NCBI GenBank assembly: GCA_023920165.1
Contig: CP089279.1
Location: forward strand, 2,604,001-2,668,000
Length of the DNA: 64,000 nucleotides
From: Curvularia clavata
Taxonomy: Eukaryota
Reading direction: 5' to 3'
The position numbers and the translations under genes are program-made. This document shows, piece after piece, positions 23,952 to 35,828 of this stretch (position 1 is its first letter; each line of letters begins with the position of its first letter). Under the pieces are notes generated by a model. That model saw only the letters and a program-made list of their open reading frames with translations, ran no database searches and had not been told where the DNA came from.

Positions 23952-25253
23952 ATGGACAGGCCTTCTACTCCAGAAAACTTTTGCGTGCTAAAAGTACCAG
24001 ATACTGAAGAGCGTGCGCACTTTTTTGACCATTACGATCGGCGGGGCAAAGGGGACACACTCAGGGGCATTGCAGAACAACATGGTATCCACCGCAACAC
24101 AGCAAGTAAATGGCTCAAAGATCGCAAGGAGTTTGGAGACGAGAGGCGCGTAAGGAAGAGGAAAGCAGAAAAACAAGGAAATAAACTTGGACGGCCATTC
24201 AAAGTGCCTTTGGAAACTATTGAATCTCTCCTCGATGACAGTCAGAATCCTTACCGCGATGCACCTTACTTCCTTCAAGCCCGCGCCAACCAAATCCCTC
24301 TTAGTGAGCGTGCATTAAGGTATAATCTATCAAGTAGACTTGATGCCCATTTATATGTGGCGTCTTACTCAAAAGACATTCTTCCAGCCAACAAAGTATA
24401 CCGTATTCAGTATGGTGAAGAGCACAAGAATAAGCCATTATATGGCTACTGGGATGGTGTCTGGTTTACCGACGAAGAGCATTTTAACCCTCGTACTTCA
24501 TTTCAAAAGCCTCGGATACTCCGGCGTCGTGGTGATCCTCGGACAAAAGGGAGTAACTTGCGCACCCGTAGTGAAATGGGGAAGGATTCTAGGACAGTAC
24601 ATATGTACGCAGCAGTTAACTGGTACTATAAAAGTGCTTTAAACTTCTACAACGACGACTCTGAGATGCTTACACCTCCTAAGCCTCCAAGAAAGCCAAG
24701 AAAATCAAAGTACCAGACTGAGAAACAGTACGCCGAAGAGATCAAAGAATGGGAGGCAAAGAAGCCCCCTCCTTTGCAGGTTGTCAGTACCGGCCACCAT
24801 ATGACTCAAGAGTATTACACTGAAACTATACTACCGTATTACTGCAAGTTAGTGCAGGAATCTCGGGCTGTAGATACTTTAGGTATCACCACCTGGAGAT
24901 TACAGGAGGACAACGACCCATCCCATGGCACAAAAAGTCAGAACAACATTGCAAGAGACTACAAAACAGCTAACTGGATTGACGTTATTATACACCCACC
25001 ACAGAGTCCTGATCTAAACCCACAAGAAGGTGTGTGGTTGATTCTTAACCAGCGCATGAAGAAGAGACTTTGGTGGCCTTTACCACCCCAAAAAAGATGG
25101 GATGGGACAAAGAAACATCTCAAATTACTTCTCCAAGAGTGCTGGGACACTATTACTATCCAAGAAATAAGAGAGAGAATCATGGAGATGAAGGAGCGGT
25201 GCGAGGAATTGACCCGTAATAGTGGTGAGAGAATTCGCGGCAGAAAGTGGTAA
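23952..25253 (+). CDS. DDE transposase (Tc1/IS630-like, DD38E spacing)
   Basis: N-terminal HTH (LRGIAEQHGIHRNTASKW); WFTDE, LQEDNDPSH and PPQSPDLNPQEGVW motifs. Confidence 0.92.
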   Translation: MDRPSTPENFCVLKVPDTEERAHFFDHYDRRGKGDTLRGIAEQHGIHRNTASKWLKDRKEFGDERRVRKRKAEKQGNKLGRPFKVPLETIESLLDDSQNPYRDAPYFLQARANQIPLSERALRYNLSSRLDAHLYVASYSKDILPANKVYRIQYGEEHKNKPLYGYWDGVWFTDEEHFNPRTSFQKPRILRRRGDPRTKGSNLRTRSEMGKDSRTVHMYAAVNWYYKSALNFYNDDSEMLTPPKPPRKPRKSKYQTEKQYAEEIKEWEAKKPPPLQVVSTGHHMTQEYYTETILPYYCKLVQESRAVDTLGITTWRLQEDNDPSHGTKSQNNIARDYKTANWIDVIIHPPQSPDLNPQEGVWLILNQRMKKRLWWPLPPQKRWDGTKKHLKLLLQECWDTITIQEIRERIMEMKERCEELTRNSGERIRGRKW

Positions 25254-25376
25254 AACACCAAGTAAAACTCTAAAAAATCAGTATATACAGAGTTTGTTAC
25301 ATAGTTTCATAACTACATTACTTAAAAAGCATATAAGATAGATGCGCAGTTCATTATTTTGTATGGGGGGTTGGGT

Positions 25377-25433
25377 GTGTTGGGGTGGATTACTCATCAC
25401 AAGATGCACAACGAATTACTGCCCCACCTGGTG
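25377..25433 (-). repeat. Right TIR
   Basis: Exact inverted copy of 23810-23866. Confidence 0.95.
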
Positions 25434-26416
25434 TCCCTGCTGCGAAAAAAGAGTGGGGCGCGCGCCACAACCTTAAACCAAAGCGCCGACGTCACTTGCA
25501 GTCCCCTAAACGGCAGCGATCTGTACAAACACACCATGGCGCCATCACTCACCGCTCCAAACAGAGTAAAGCTCGAATAAGAGACACCCAACCGCTGCCA
25601 GTAGCTCCCCTCCTTCTTAACCCTCGCTTGTTCCGCATCCAGCACATCGTTGCCTATCTCATCTTCCAAGTCTTATCCGGCTCCTTGTGCCGTTACCACT
25701 CTGGTTTCATTTCCCCCCAAATGAACGGCGATGAACGGTCATCGTGGGGGAGAGCACAGAGTCACGCTGACGTCAAAGCTGTGGCGCCCGAACACATTTC
25801 CAAACACATGGGCTCTCGTCTGACACGGTGACGCCACAGATTGTACGAGGTGGGAGAGGCATGGGATTCTCGACCCCAGAAAAAAAACAAGGTCGGACGT
25901 TTTCGTCATTTAGCGTGAACATGGGATTGCCTTTCGAGGGTCTGCTCACACCACTCCATGATGTTGTGACGGGGGCTGGCTTATCGTACTATGTTCTGCT
26001 ACTATGCGGTCATGATTCGATATGCGGATGCGTTGAAGCCCCCTGCGAATCTGAACTGGTTTTTTCTCACTCTCTTGGTTTGGGCTAGAATGCTGATTGC
26101 GATTGATTATGCATGTTGCTATTCGTAATTGTAATTGTAATTTTAATTTTCCCGTCATCACATTTTGCCAGTCTGAGCACGGGCGGCTGCGGAGAATTAA
26201 GAGCATGGTTTTCGTACTACCTGCATGGTGTGTTACGCTCCGTACATAGGGTATTAGCGCTGGTGCGCTCTGAGTACCTATCATGGGAGGCTCTCTTCGA
26301 GCACGTGATCAAACATGATACTATTTGTATCACGTCCATTGTACTAAGACTAGGTGCGGAGAAGCGTGCTTTGCACGAAGAAGAGCGCTTGTATGTATGA
26401 CAACTCAGAGCCCTAT

Positions 26417-29400
26417 CTAGGTGGGCGTCGGGGACGCAATCGAAGGCTGGACTGAGCCACTCGAGCTCAGATTATCTGCATCTTCCTCGTTCTGTTTCTG
26501 CGCCAGACACTTCTGGCCCTTTGCACTCTTCCAATGTCGACTCAGCATATCTCCGCGTTTGAAAACACGCCCACAGCCCCAGTGCGAGCCATCGTTGAGC
26601 TCGCCCTCACAAATAAACTTCTTGGCATCTTTGTGTGCAGTCGTTTCATGCCGGGTGAGAGCCCCCTTTCTTGTAAAGCTCTTGCTACATATTGCACAAA
26701 CAAAGGCTGGCTTGTTTCCGCTCTCTGCGTGGCGACTCCGCATATGAATTTGCAGGTTGTGATTCCGAGTGAATTTAGCGTCACAATCATTGCAGTCATA
26801 GGAAGACGGGAGTTCAGGATACTCTGCTTCATCGTCGTCGTATTCAAACGTTCCGTGGTACATGGTCTCGTGCTTGTGCAGTTCTTTCAGCGTACCACAA
26901 CCTATTGTGGCCATTGCGCAGCCTGAGAATGAGCAGAAGAATGACCTTTCGTGCTTCTTAATGTGGTCATCTCGTTCTTGTTTCGTTTTGAAGCCGCTAT
27001 GGAATCGTATGCAATTGGCTCTGGGACATTTGAAAATATCGGCCCCATACATGGACGCAAGCCTTCCCTTGCTCGGCGCTGAACGAATCGCTGGTTCGAG
27101 ACGCTCCCGTACTTTGAGTAATGCATCGTGAAGTTTGAGTGCTTGAGCATCTGGCAAGTGTGCCGTGGAGGCAAGGAGCTGTCTCTGTGCAAGATGACCA
27201 GCAACGACGAGTTTGTCAAAGTTGCGGTTGTTCGAGAGCGCCTGCCATCGGGCTGAAAACGTCTTTGGAGGCACTGTCTTCGTCTTTGGTTGCGTCCAGT
27301 ACATGTCGATGAAAACTTCCGCTGCCTCGGATATCTCTTTCGTGGCATCTTCGGACTCTTGTACACGCAAAAAGGCATCCAGATGACGAGCCCAGTAGGC
27401 GTAGGCGTAGTCGACAAAACCGTAGTACCCCGAGGGTATGTATCCTGAAATATTCAGGCTATCGTCTTCAACATCAAAGCCTTCAAAACACAAGTATGAA
27501 ATGCACAGTAGAGCTAGAGTGCCTTCGCCTGATTCGAGGCTGACAAGACTCTTGTCGAGTAGATATCTGCGAAACTTAGTATATTAGGATCGATGATATC
27601 ACCACGCTTACTGGAAACAATCAATTTTTACAAACCGGGGATAGGACCGACCTTTTAGCAGAGTGATGGACAAGCACAACAGTGCCGTCGGTTTGGACAT
27701 CCACCAACGATCCACACAAGTCTTTCGAATCTACACGGAATCTGTTGCGCCCCCAATTTACAGTCTGGTCCTCCAGGTTGATTGAGACAGCGCACTGAAT
27801 CTCTCGCCACAGAAGAGGGCGTTTTGCACATACAAGCCACGTCAGCAGCTGGAGGGTATTTTTACTTGGAGACCCTCGATCATTAGATAATCGTTGCATG
27901 ATGCGGGTGTAGCTGCTCATGTTAGCCATATTTCGTAGGTTATCCCAAAATACACATACATCGCTTCTAGCCTCGTACCCCCTTGAGGAAAGTTCTCTGG
28001 CAACAGTTCCTTATCGAGTTCTGCTCTTGAGTCTTGATCGATGAGGTAGGAAGTCATGAGGTGCGCGAATAGGAACATGCCTGTACAATTCAGAACCAAC
28101 ATCTTCAATGGGTTGGCATTGCATTTGCACTCACCATCAGCACTCTTCGTTACCTGGTCTTGAATCCATTGTTTCCGATCTTCAGTTAGGTCAAATTTTT
28201 GTTTGATGATCATACTTCTTGCTGCTACGAAATGAGTTATATCTTTCCTTGTGTGGCTCTCTGTAATCTTTATCGACGACATAGCAGCAAAATCTTTCCT
28301 CGAGATATCGTCATCTTGGCTAATGAACATGCAGCGCAGTGAGTCCTTGTCAGCCGAGGGGACCGACTCCCATGTATCTTTGAAGAAAGATACAATCTGT
28401 TGTCGTTGCTCACGTTCACACTCGTCAAGTCCGTCGATAACAATATAAAGCTTTTCGAAGGCCTTCAACGATATTTCAAGCAATTCTCGTGCAGTGCTTT
28501 CGAGGGAGAGCGTGACCTGTCCACTTGTGGATAGCTTTTCGTAGAGATATGATAGCAGTGAGGCATCCTTGAAGAGTAATTGGGATAGAATACCGCGTGC
28601 AACAGCGAGGAATGTATTACGTGCACTGTCCAGGTAACGGCAGTAGAAAAACGCAACTTGCACGTCCTGTAGCTTCCCAACTTCTTCAATTTGCTCAACT
28701 ACTAGTGAAGTTAGAATTGTTTTTCCTGTCTACTTCGTGAGAAAAAGGCTCTATTCAAGGATTATGCGAGCTGACCTGCACCAGGAATACCGGTCATCCA
28801 AAGTAAATGTGCTGAACATAAGTCTGGCTCAAACCAGGAAGAAAATTGGCGCTCTTGCAAAAGCCAATGTCCACTCCCTGGAAACTCTTGACGCACTTTG
28901 GCATATGCTTCTTGGTCAGCACGACAGTTGGCTGCGGCAAGCCATTGATATACAACCATGCGACGCTTATATACTTCATCCTTGCTCTGTTGATCAAGTT
29001 CTTTTTCTATATGACGGCGTAATCGAAGAATCTCAGAGAATTGAGCGACAGAAGCTTGGGATTTGATCAACTCCATGTGTGCGTGTAAATTGCGGAGTAT
29101 AGCGGCGAACTCTGTGTCGAAATTTTTCCAAAGGGCCTGGGAGAGCTGTCGCCAAACTGTCTTTCATTAACCCTATTGTTTCTTTTCGAAAGGTGAAGTA
29201 CCAGATAGACCCACTGCGATTTTTGAAATATTTCATCGCTTTGAAGTGAAATTTGAGTATATCTTCGTATATCAGGCTCAGCAGCCGAGCCATTTGCGGA
29301 TGTTTCCGAAAATAATCTTCGTACTGGGCCAAGAGAGGTATATGCTCGCCCATGCGCTGATAGGCATCTAGCAGGGCATCAAAAGCCTCGTGAAATGTAC

Positions 29401-29887
29401 ATGCTACCTTCTTTGTAATTAGAACTTTGGATCTCGCCAGTGTCGGTCCGAGTACGTATTGTGTATCTAAGTAGCACATAACCAAGTCGGTTTGAAGAAT
29501 AGCGAACCTGATTCGAATCGAGTGAAAAGACAGGCAGGAAAGACATGTACCTGTAAAAGAAATTTCATTGGACCCTAAGCGCCTTGAATTTAGCCTGTGG
29601 TGTATTGTTTCGAGGTCAACGACTCGTACCCAAACAAACGCCAGAATTGGACCTGTGTTGAGAAATACGGATACGACCTTGTCGTACTCCTTCATGCCCT
29701 CGAGAAATAGCTCTAGTTTGCTCATGGCACGCAGCCTTTTATCGGATTGCTGCTTGCGCTGAATTGTCTCTATAGCCATGTGAAGATCATCGAGAGTCGT
29801 TACCGTGAATTGTCGCTTCTCTTCCTCACTCAAGCTTAGCTTGAACTCTTCCAACACTCGTTGAAACGTCGTGAGTTGTGCTGCCAT
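26417..29887 (-). CDS. NACHT (STAND/NLR-like) NTPase with helical N-terminal domain, winged-helix region and five C-terminal C2H2-type zinc fingers
   Basis: Multi-exon model (about 8 exons) stays open. Walker A GIPGA^GKT, VAFFYC, Walker B YIVIDGLDE, GMFLFA, WLVCAKRPL and VHHSAK; C-terminal CxxC...HxxxH repeats. Confidence 0.88.
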
Positions 29888-30227
29888 GTGAACATGCGTG
29901 CGACAAAGTTGATCATACTGTTATCAAGGGGAGAGTAGAAAGAACGATATCGTGCTGAGGAAGGAAGGCTGAATATGGCGGGCTGGTCTGTGCACAGATT
30001 GCGCATCTCCACATCCGCCCCCAAGGCTGCGCCTTGCTCGCCAAAGACACTCGCACAGTCTGCCTTGTGTGATCTTGCCGCTCACACGAATTTATAGACG
30101 TAGGCAGTGTTTAAATTGGAGCTTCCATGCGTGAAGGACTTTGGCGAACAAAGGGTTTCTTCAGCGCTACCGTCACTGCTCTACCGTTACGGTCCAAAGC
30201 AGACCCACATCATATCACGGCCTAACA

Positions 30228-33200
30228 ATGAAGAGACCATTATCTCCGGTTGGAGAAAGAGATTCATCCAAGCGGAACACGAGAAGTCTGATTGCTGGGT
30301 CAGGTAATAAGCTGTAACATAATCGGAGGCTGTAGACTGACAATCACTTGAGATGATACTGAACCGCAATCTTGTGCTACTCGCGTGTTCGTTGATACTA
30401 CGAGGAAAGCAAGTTCAAATAATATCCCGAAATCTCTGAGTATAGTACATACTCGTAATTCGGACGAACGAGACAACTTGAAGGAAATTTGTTACGGTTC
30501 GGTAACGATCACAACCGAAACCTGATAATACCGTACGAGTCACTAACGCCTCTAGCTACTTGAACTGGCTCTTCAGATAAGAGAAGACCCGCTCATCTAC
30601 AGAGAGTATGTGGTTCAGGATGTCAAAGGCAATTTTGTTCAACTCAAACCTGACTTTGCCGGCGGCTACTGCTGGATGAGCCTCCATGATGCTGTCAACT
30701 TCGGATGCTTAAATCAAAAGACTTCACAAGCCTTGAAACGTCTAACAGCTCTTCCTAACGTCGATTTTGAGGGCATTGCCTCATGGCACAGTCTAGAGAA
30801 GGCTAGAGCTTCATGGAAGAAATCAGGAAGCTCTACACATTTGCTTGTTGACATGAATATATACGGCCCAAGTACCGTCGAAGTCGCTAAGGAGGCTGGC
30901 AGAATCCTCAGTAAGGCGAGGCTATTTCTGCAAACTCCCAGTTCTATCACGAGACCGGTCATTCATGATAACCCTCAGTATCTCAAACTACCTGATGTCT
31001 CGCACCTAAAGATCACCCACACACCAAACCCAAATTTAGTGGAGCCAGTATTACACAGCGAAAACGAAATTTCGCATTCGGATATCGAATCTGTACTGGA
31101 CAATATGCCACAGTCGAAAGTTTTGAGGGAAGTATCTACAAGCTGGCAAATACGGACAGTTTTGAAGAAGTACGTTCTCAGCACACTTAAACATCGTTGA
31201 CTAACCCTAGAAAGTTACCAGAGAGAGGCCGTTGACTTTATTAACAGAAGGGAGATGGGGGATTTGCTTCCTTCGCTAAACCTTTGGGAACCTTGCTCTC
31301 TTCCTGAGGGCCGTTTCTGGTAAGTCTGTCATGCCGAAATCGTCGCCTCCCGACTAAGACTCCAGTTATAAACATGTCATTACTGGTGCGAAAAGTAGCA
31401 CAATGGAGGATACTTTAGGAGGCATCTTTGCCGATGAGATGGGTCTCGGAAAGACGTTGACAATGTTAGCTGTGATCGTAGGGTCTCGCGAGCGAGCGAT
31501 CAACTACAATGTAGGGCTTACAGCAGGCTCAACAAGCTCATGGAAAGATCTTCCTCCTTGCAAGACTACCCTTGTCATCGTGCCATCTTCCTGTAAGTGA
31601 TGCATAAACAATCCATCATTCTGATCTAATATATTTAGTGTTGCTAGAAAGCTGGGAAGAAGAGATTACGAAGTCAGTTTAGAACCATATCATTGGTTTG
31701 TTATCTGATGTATTTTAGGCACATAGAGCCTGGTACGCTCCAGGTCTATCGCTACCATGGTTTGGGAAAACGCATCGATCTCCCTGATCTTCTTCGCATG
31801 GATATTGTCCTCACAACATACGCGACAGTCGCTGCGGAATTTTGTCGCGGAAAAAGCACATTAAACCGCATTTCCTGGTAATACCGTTTGGTTCTAGATG
31901 AGGGTAATGCAGGCCTCTCATCTGTAGCGCTTGTGGTAAATGCTGACATTCTTAGCTCACTACATCCGCAATCCCTCACGGCAGCAGTTTCGGGCAATTC
32001 ATACCATACCTGCTCGTATTCGATGGTGTATGACGGGTACTCCCATACAGAACTCCTTAGAAGATTTAGGTGCCCTTGTAAAATTTTTGCGTATACCAGT
32101 GTTCGACGACTTGGCGTCGTTTCGCCGGCACATCAGCACACCAATCCTGTCGAACACTAACAACCGTTTTGGTAATTTAACCAGACTCCTGGAAGCGATA
32201 TGCTTACGTCGCACCAAAGCGGTCTTAAAACAACCTGAGCCGGTTGTCGAAACAAAGCTGGTCCAGTTTTCTGCCGAAGAACGGATACAGTATCGCGATT
32301 ATGCAGAGCGCTGTAAACGTGCTATCGATTTGGCTGTTTCAGGGCGGAGCTTCCAAAAAGCTAACCAGCAAGTCATTCAGACTATTCTAGGCCTAAGGCT
32401 ATTTTGTAACGACGGAGAAAGATCACTCGCCCAAAGAAACTCACCATATGGTCTCTCAGGATCGCCGGAAGAAGTTCTAAGCTTCCTACAGACTTCTTCT
32501 GAGGCGGTGTGTTAATTGTGGCTGCGAAATCACAGCAATGTACCAAAGCGACGATAAGAGCTCGGGCGTACTTACTATCTGTCATCATCTCATATGTGGT
32601 GAGTGCCTTCCCGATTTTGAGTCGGACCTTGACGACAATTGCGAAGACGGACGCAGCAGCTGCCCGTCCTGCGGACTGAGTGCAGAGAGGTCTTCTTTTA
32701 TTATCGCCACTTGCTCGGATTCAGAAATCTCTGCAGATATCCAAAATAAAACATGGCCCACAAAGCTGCACGCAGTACTTGGCAGCGTTCGGGAACAAGG
32801 ATTGAATGACAAATGGTAGGTTTCGCGGTCATTACCATTTATCGTTGACCCTTAATGTTCCACGACAGCGGACTTACCTGATGCCTAGTATTATATTTTC
32901 CGCCTGGAAAACAACGCTCGACATCATGGCCGGTATATTCGATCAAAGTTCCATCTCATATTTTCGTATACACGGTAGCATACCAGCCAATAAGAGGAGC
33001 AAGATTCTCGCGGACTTCGAACACTCCATGACGACTAGGATCTTATTAATAACCTTGGGCACCGGAGCGGTCGGGTATGTCTAACTCGCTGCGATAACCA
33101 CCCTGGCTGATGATACCCAGCTTGAACAAAATGAAGACTGCCAATATTGTTCATATTATAGAACCACAATGGAATCCTTCGGTTGAGCACCAAGCAATTG

Positions 33201-33498
33201 GGCGCATCATACGGCTCGGACAGGAAAAAACGGTAAAGATTGTGCGCTATATTATGGAAGGAAGCGTCGAGAAGGTATAGTACGGCCCTGGGATCTTTGG
33301 AGGATAACATTTGACGTTCATCAGGCCGTACAATCCCGCCAACTGCGCAAACTCCAACTCGCACGGGGAGGATTTGGTCTCTCCAAGGACGATCATAGTG
33401 AGCAGCGAATCAATGGGATTATGGTAAGCCACAAAACTCATCTCCTCTACTAAATGCTAAGGACATATTAGAGTTTAATTTGCCCCTCTGTCTCGTAA
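30228..33498 (+). pseudogene. Rad5/Rad16-like SNF2 ATPase with RING finger; in-frame stop and frameshift
   Basis: GGIFADEMGLGKT, DIVLTTY, LDE^AH, TGTPIQN, LRRTK, IIFSAW and EPQWNPSVEHQAIGR motifs. TAA at 31879-31881 just before Walker B, and a frame change at about 32510 in the RING. Start MKRPLSP at 30228 inferred via intron 30304-30352. Confidence 0.8.
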
Positions 33499-34589
33499 AA
33501 AAAGCGCGTCGACCTCCCACTCTCTACTCTAGAAGGATAGTTTAGTCCTCTCCGAGCCCAACTTGTCTGTGTATGACGAGATCTCTTTCTCATTAAACGT
33601 AGTCATGCAGAGAATTTACATTCGTGTACTCAGAATCAGTCTAGCCTTGCACACTCAAAGGTATCCTCTATAAGACTAGCTAAATATGGTATTAGCGTCA
33701 AATCGCCTGTCTATCTCAGCTCTCCTCACTTTGCATCACCGCAATTCTCCCAGGCAGCAACTTAAAGGCACCGGTGAGGTCGCCTAACCCTGTATTTCAG
33801 AACAAACGACCCAATAGCAGACTAGAATAGAGATTGGGGGCTGAATAAGCCGTGTCCAGGATTCAATCTCATTGGTAACATCTTAAGCGCGACCCCACCT
33901 GAAGGAGCAGGAAGAGATGCACGCATTCGGATATCATGTATTGGCTTTGGCAGCGCGAAGTCCTGGAGCCCTCGTCCAATGAGAGAGCGATGACCGCGGC
34001 CCCTGCAGTCTGGTGGTGCTCACACCATTGCCAGATGGGCGCGAAGGGTAACACACTATTAGTATTACTACAAACAGCATTAAAAATCGTGAATGATCGC
34101 ATAATGTCATGTGCCACTGAGAGAAGTGAATTGCACTATCTTAAAGTCGGCGAAAGCCTGCTGTCATGGCAAGGAGTGTTTTTCTTGCCCTACTTTGGCA
34201 TATAGTCGTAGACATAGTGAGCAGGCCATAAGCATAAGGCCACTGGAAGAAATGCAATTCTCTCATGTGCTTATGAAAACCACGAGTCAACTATACTTGA
34301 ACTGTGCTTTGGCACGGTCATATGTATCATAAGTATATGTTTCCCCAATCACAGCCAGTGTGACTCGCGTGATAAGTAATGCACACCATTTCATAACAAC
34401 ACGGTTCGTAAGAACCATGCATCAACAACAATCATCGAAAACATTTCCCCTGAATATTTCGCCATTTTGTATTGATTTACACCCTGTTCACTACACAGTC
34501 ATCATATACACCTACATCAAGCATAGCCATATAAGAAATCACTCCAGTCTAGTCCAAGCAAGTTCCAACCATACAGATGCTCTCCTTCC

Positions 34590-35569
34590 CTACTCCCAAA
34601 AAGCCACAACCCTCACCTCAACACTCTCCCTCGGCTCCTCCATCTCACTCCCTGGCAACCTAAACGCCGTATGCGGACACCTCCATCCAGGCGTCTCCCT
34701 CTTCGTATCCAACCCCTTAAAAATAACCATTTCCCACGGCTGCATGCCACTCATACACCACCATTCATGTACCTGCTTTTCCTTCTCCCCATGACTCATG
34801 ACGTAATTCTCACTCTTATTCCCCGTGCGACTAAACTCTCTTTCGCGGATCTGATAGTCGCTGTTTGGCACGCTGGCGGCATCGCATACGGCTAGCGGGT
34901 CTTTTCGTACAGTCTTTAGGGGACGCCAGGCGCCAAGGAAGGCGAAGCGCTGGCTGCGTGGGAAAAGGGAGGAGATGTGCGGTGGTAGGTCGAGTTCGAG
35001 TTGCGTGCCGGCGAGGGCAGAGGGTGAACCAGCGTAGTCGACGTGAGGATGGCCGGATGGCACGTCTTGCCAGCGTCCTTGGGCGTCGAGGATGCCTTTT
35101 TCGCTGGGAGACGAGTGCGCGCGGATTACGTGGTTGAATACATAGGCGGCGGTTGCGCCGGTCCTATTTGGTCGCGTGTGTTAATAGGTAATGGTCCTTT
35201 TTTTGTAGCTTTCTTGAGGATTACTTGTATCTAGGCAGGATAGCAGGTTATGAAGAAGGGACTATACAGTTTCTTGACTAGTTCTTCCACTTCAGGATAG
35301 TATTCGCGTTTTACTTCTTCATCGGTACTTTCGCGGGTTACTCTATCTTTCTGTGGAAGCGTGATGAAGGTGAATCCGTTGGTGTCGAGATCGAAGTTCT
35401 TATCACTCTTTCGCACATCTCGAATAAGCATGGAGCGAGTGTGTTCGTTGTGGTCATCTAGGAATGGTGTTTTCCAGGCTGATCTGGGAATCGGGATACC
35501 AGTTGCAGGGAAGTAGTTGATGGGAGCAACGACGTCGCCGCCATGCTGGTCCTGTTTGGTTTCCTGCAT
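34590..35569 (-). CDS. AsaB/CmcJ-like hydroxylase/desaturase
   Basis: IRDVR...FDLDTNGF, YYPE, HVDY, WRPL...DPLAVCDA, PHTAF and RESVEVR motifs; intron 35164-35267. Confidence 0.85.
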
Positions 35570-35828
35570 TTTTGAAAAGGCATCCAAATCCAAAAATGCG
35601 AACCTGCGTTGTCAAGTAGCTATGCTGAAATTGGCTGATCTTCTATACGATCGCATCACCATGTTCGCGGACCCGCGGGCAATGAAGTGGGGTAGACGCA
35701 TGTGCAGGGTAATACTGAACATTGAGCCGCAAGATTCATTACTATTTCTCATATCTCATTCATGGTGACGCTGGAATCGCTCCAGCTCTTGTCTATTTTT
35801 TTCTTTTCTTACATGAAGATAATCTCGT

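Larger units (their letters stand above)
23810..25433 (+). mobile_element. Intact TIR DNA transposon (1,624 bp) with IS630/Tc1-type transposase
   Basis: Perfect 57-bp TIRs (23810-23866 and 25377-25433), a single transposase ORF, and a flanking TCCC direct repeat (23806-23809 and 25434-25437). Confidence 0.95.

Noticed and set aside
31879..31881. Stop codon rescued by A-to-I editing or readthrough
   Set aside because: It is TAA, motif spacing indicates an insertion, and a downstream frameshift would still break the gene.
25434..34330. Starship or other large mobile element around the NACHT/SNF2 block
   Set aside because: No tyrosine-recombinase captain gene and no boundary repeats were found.
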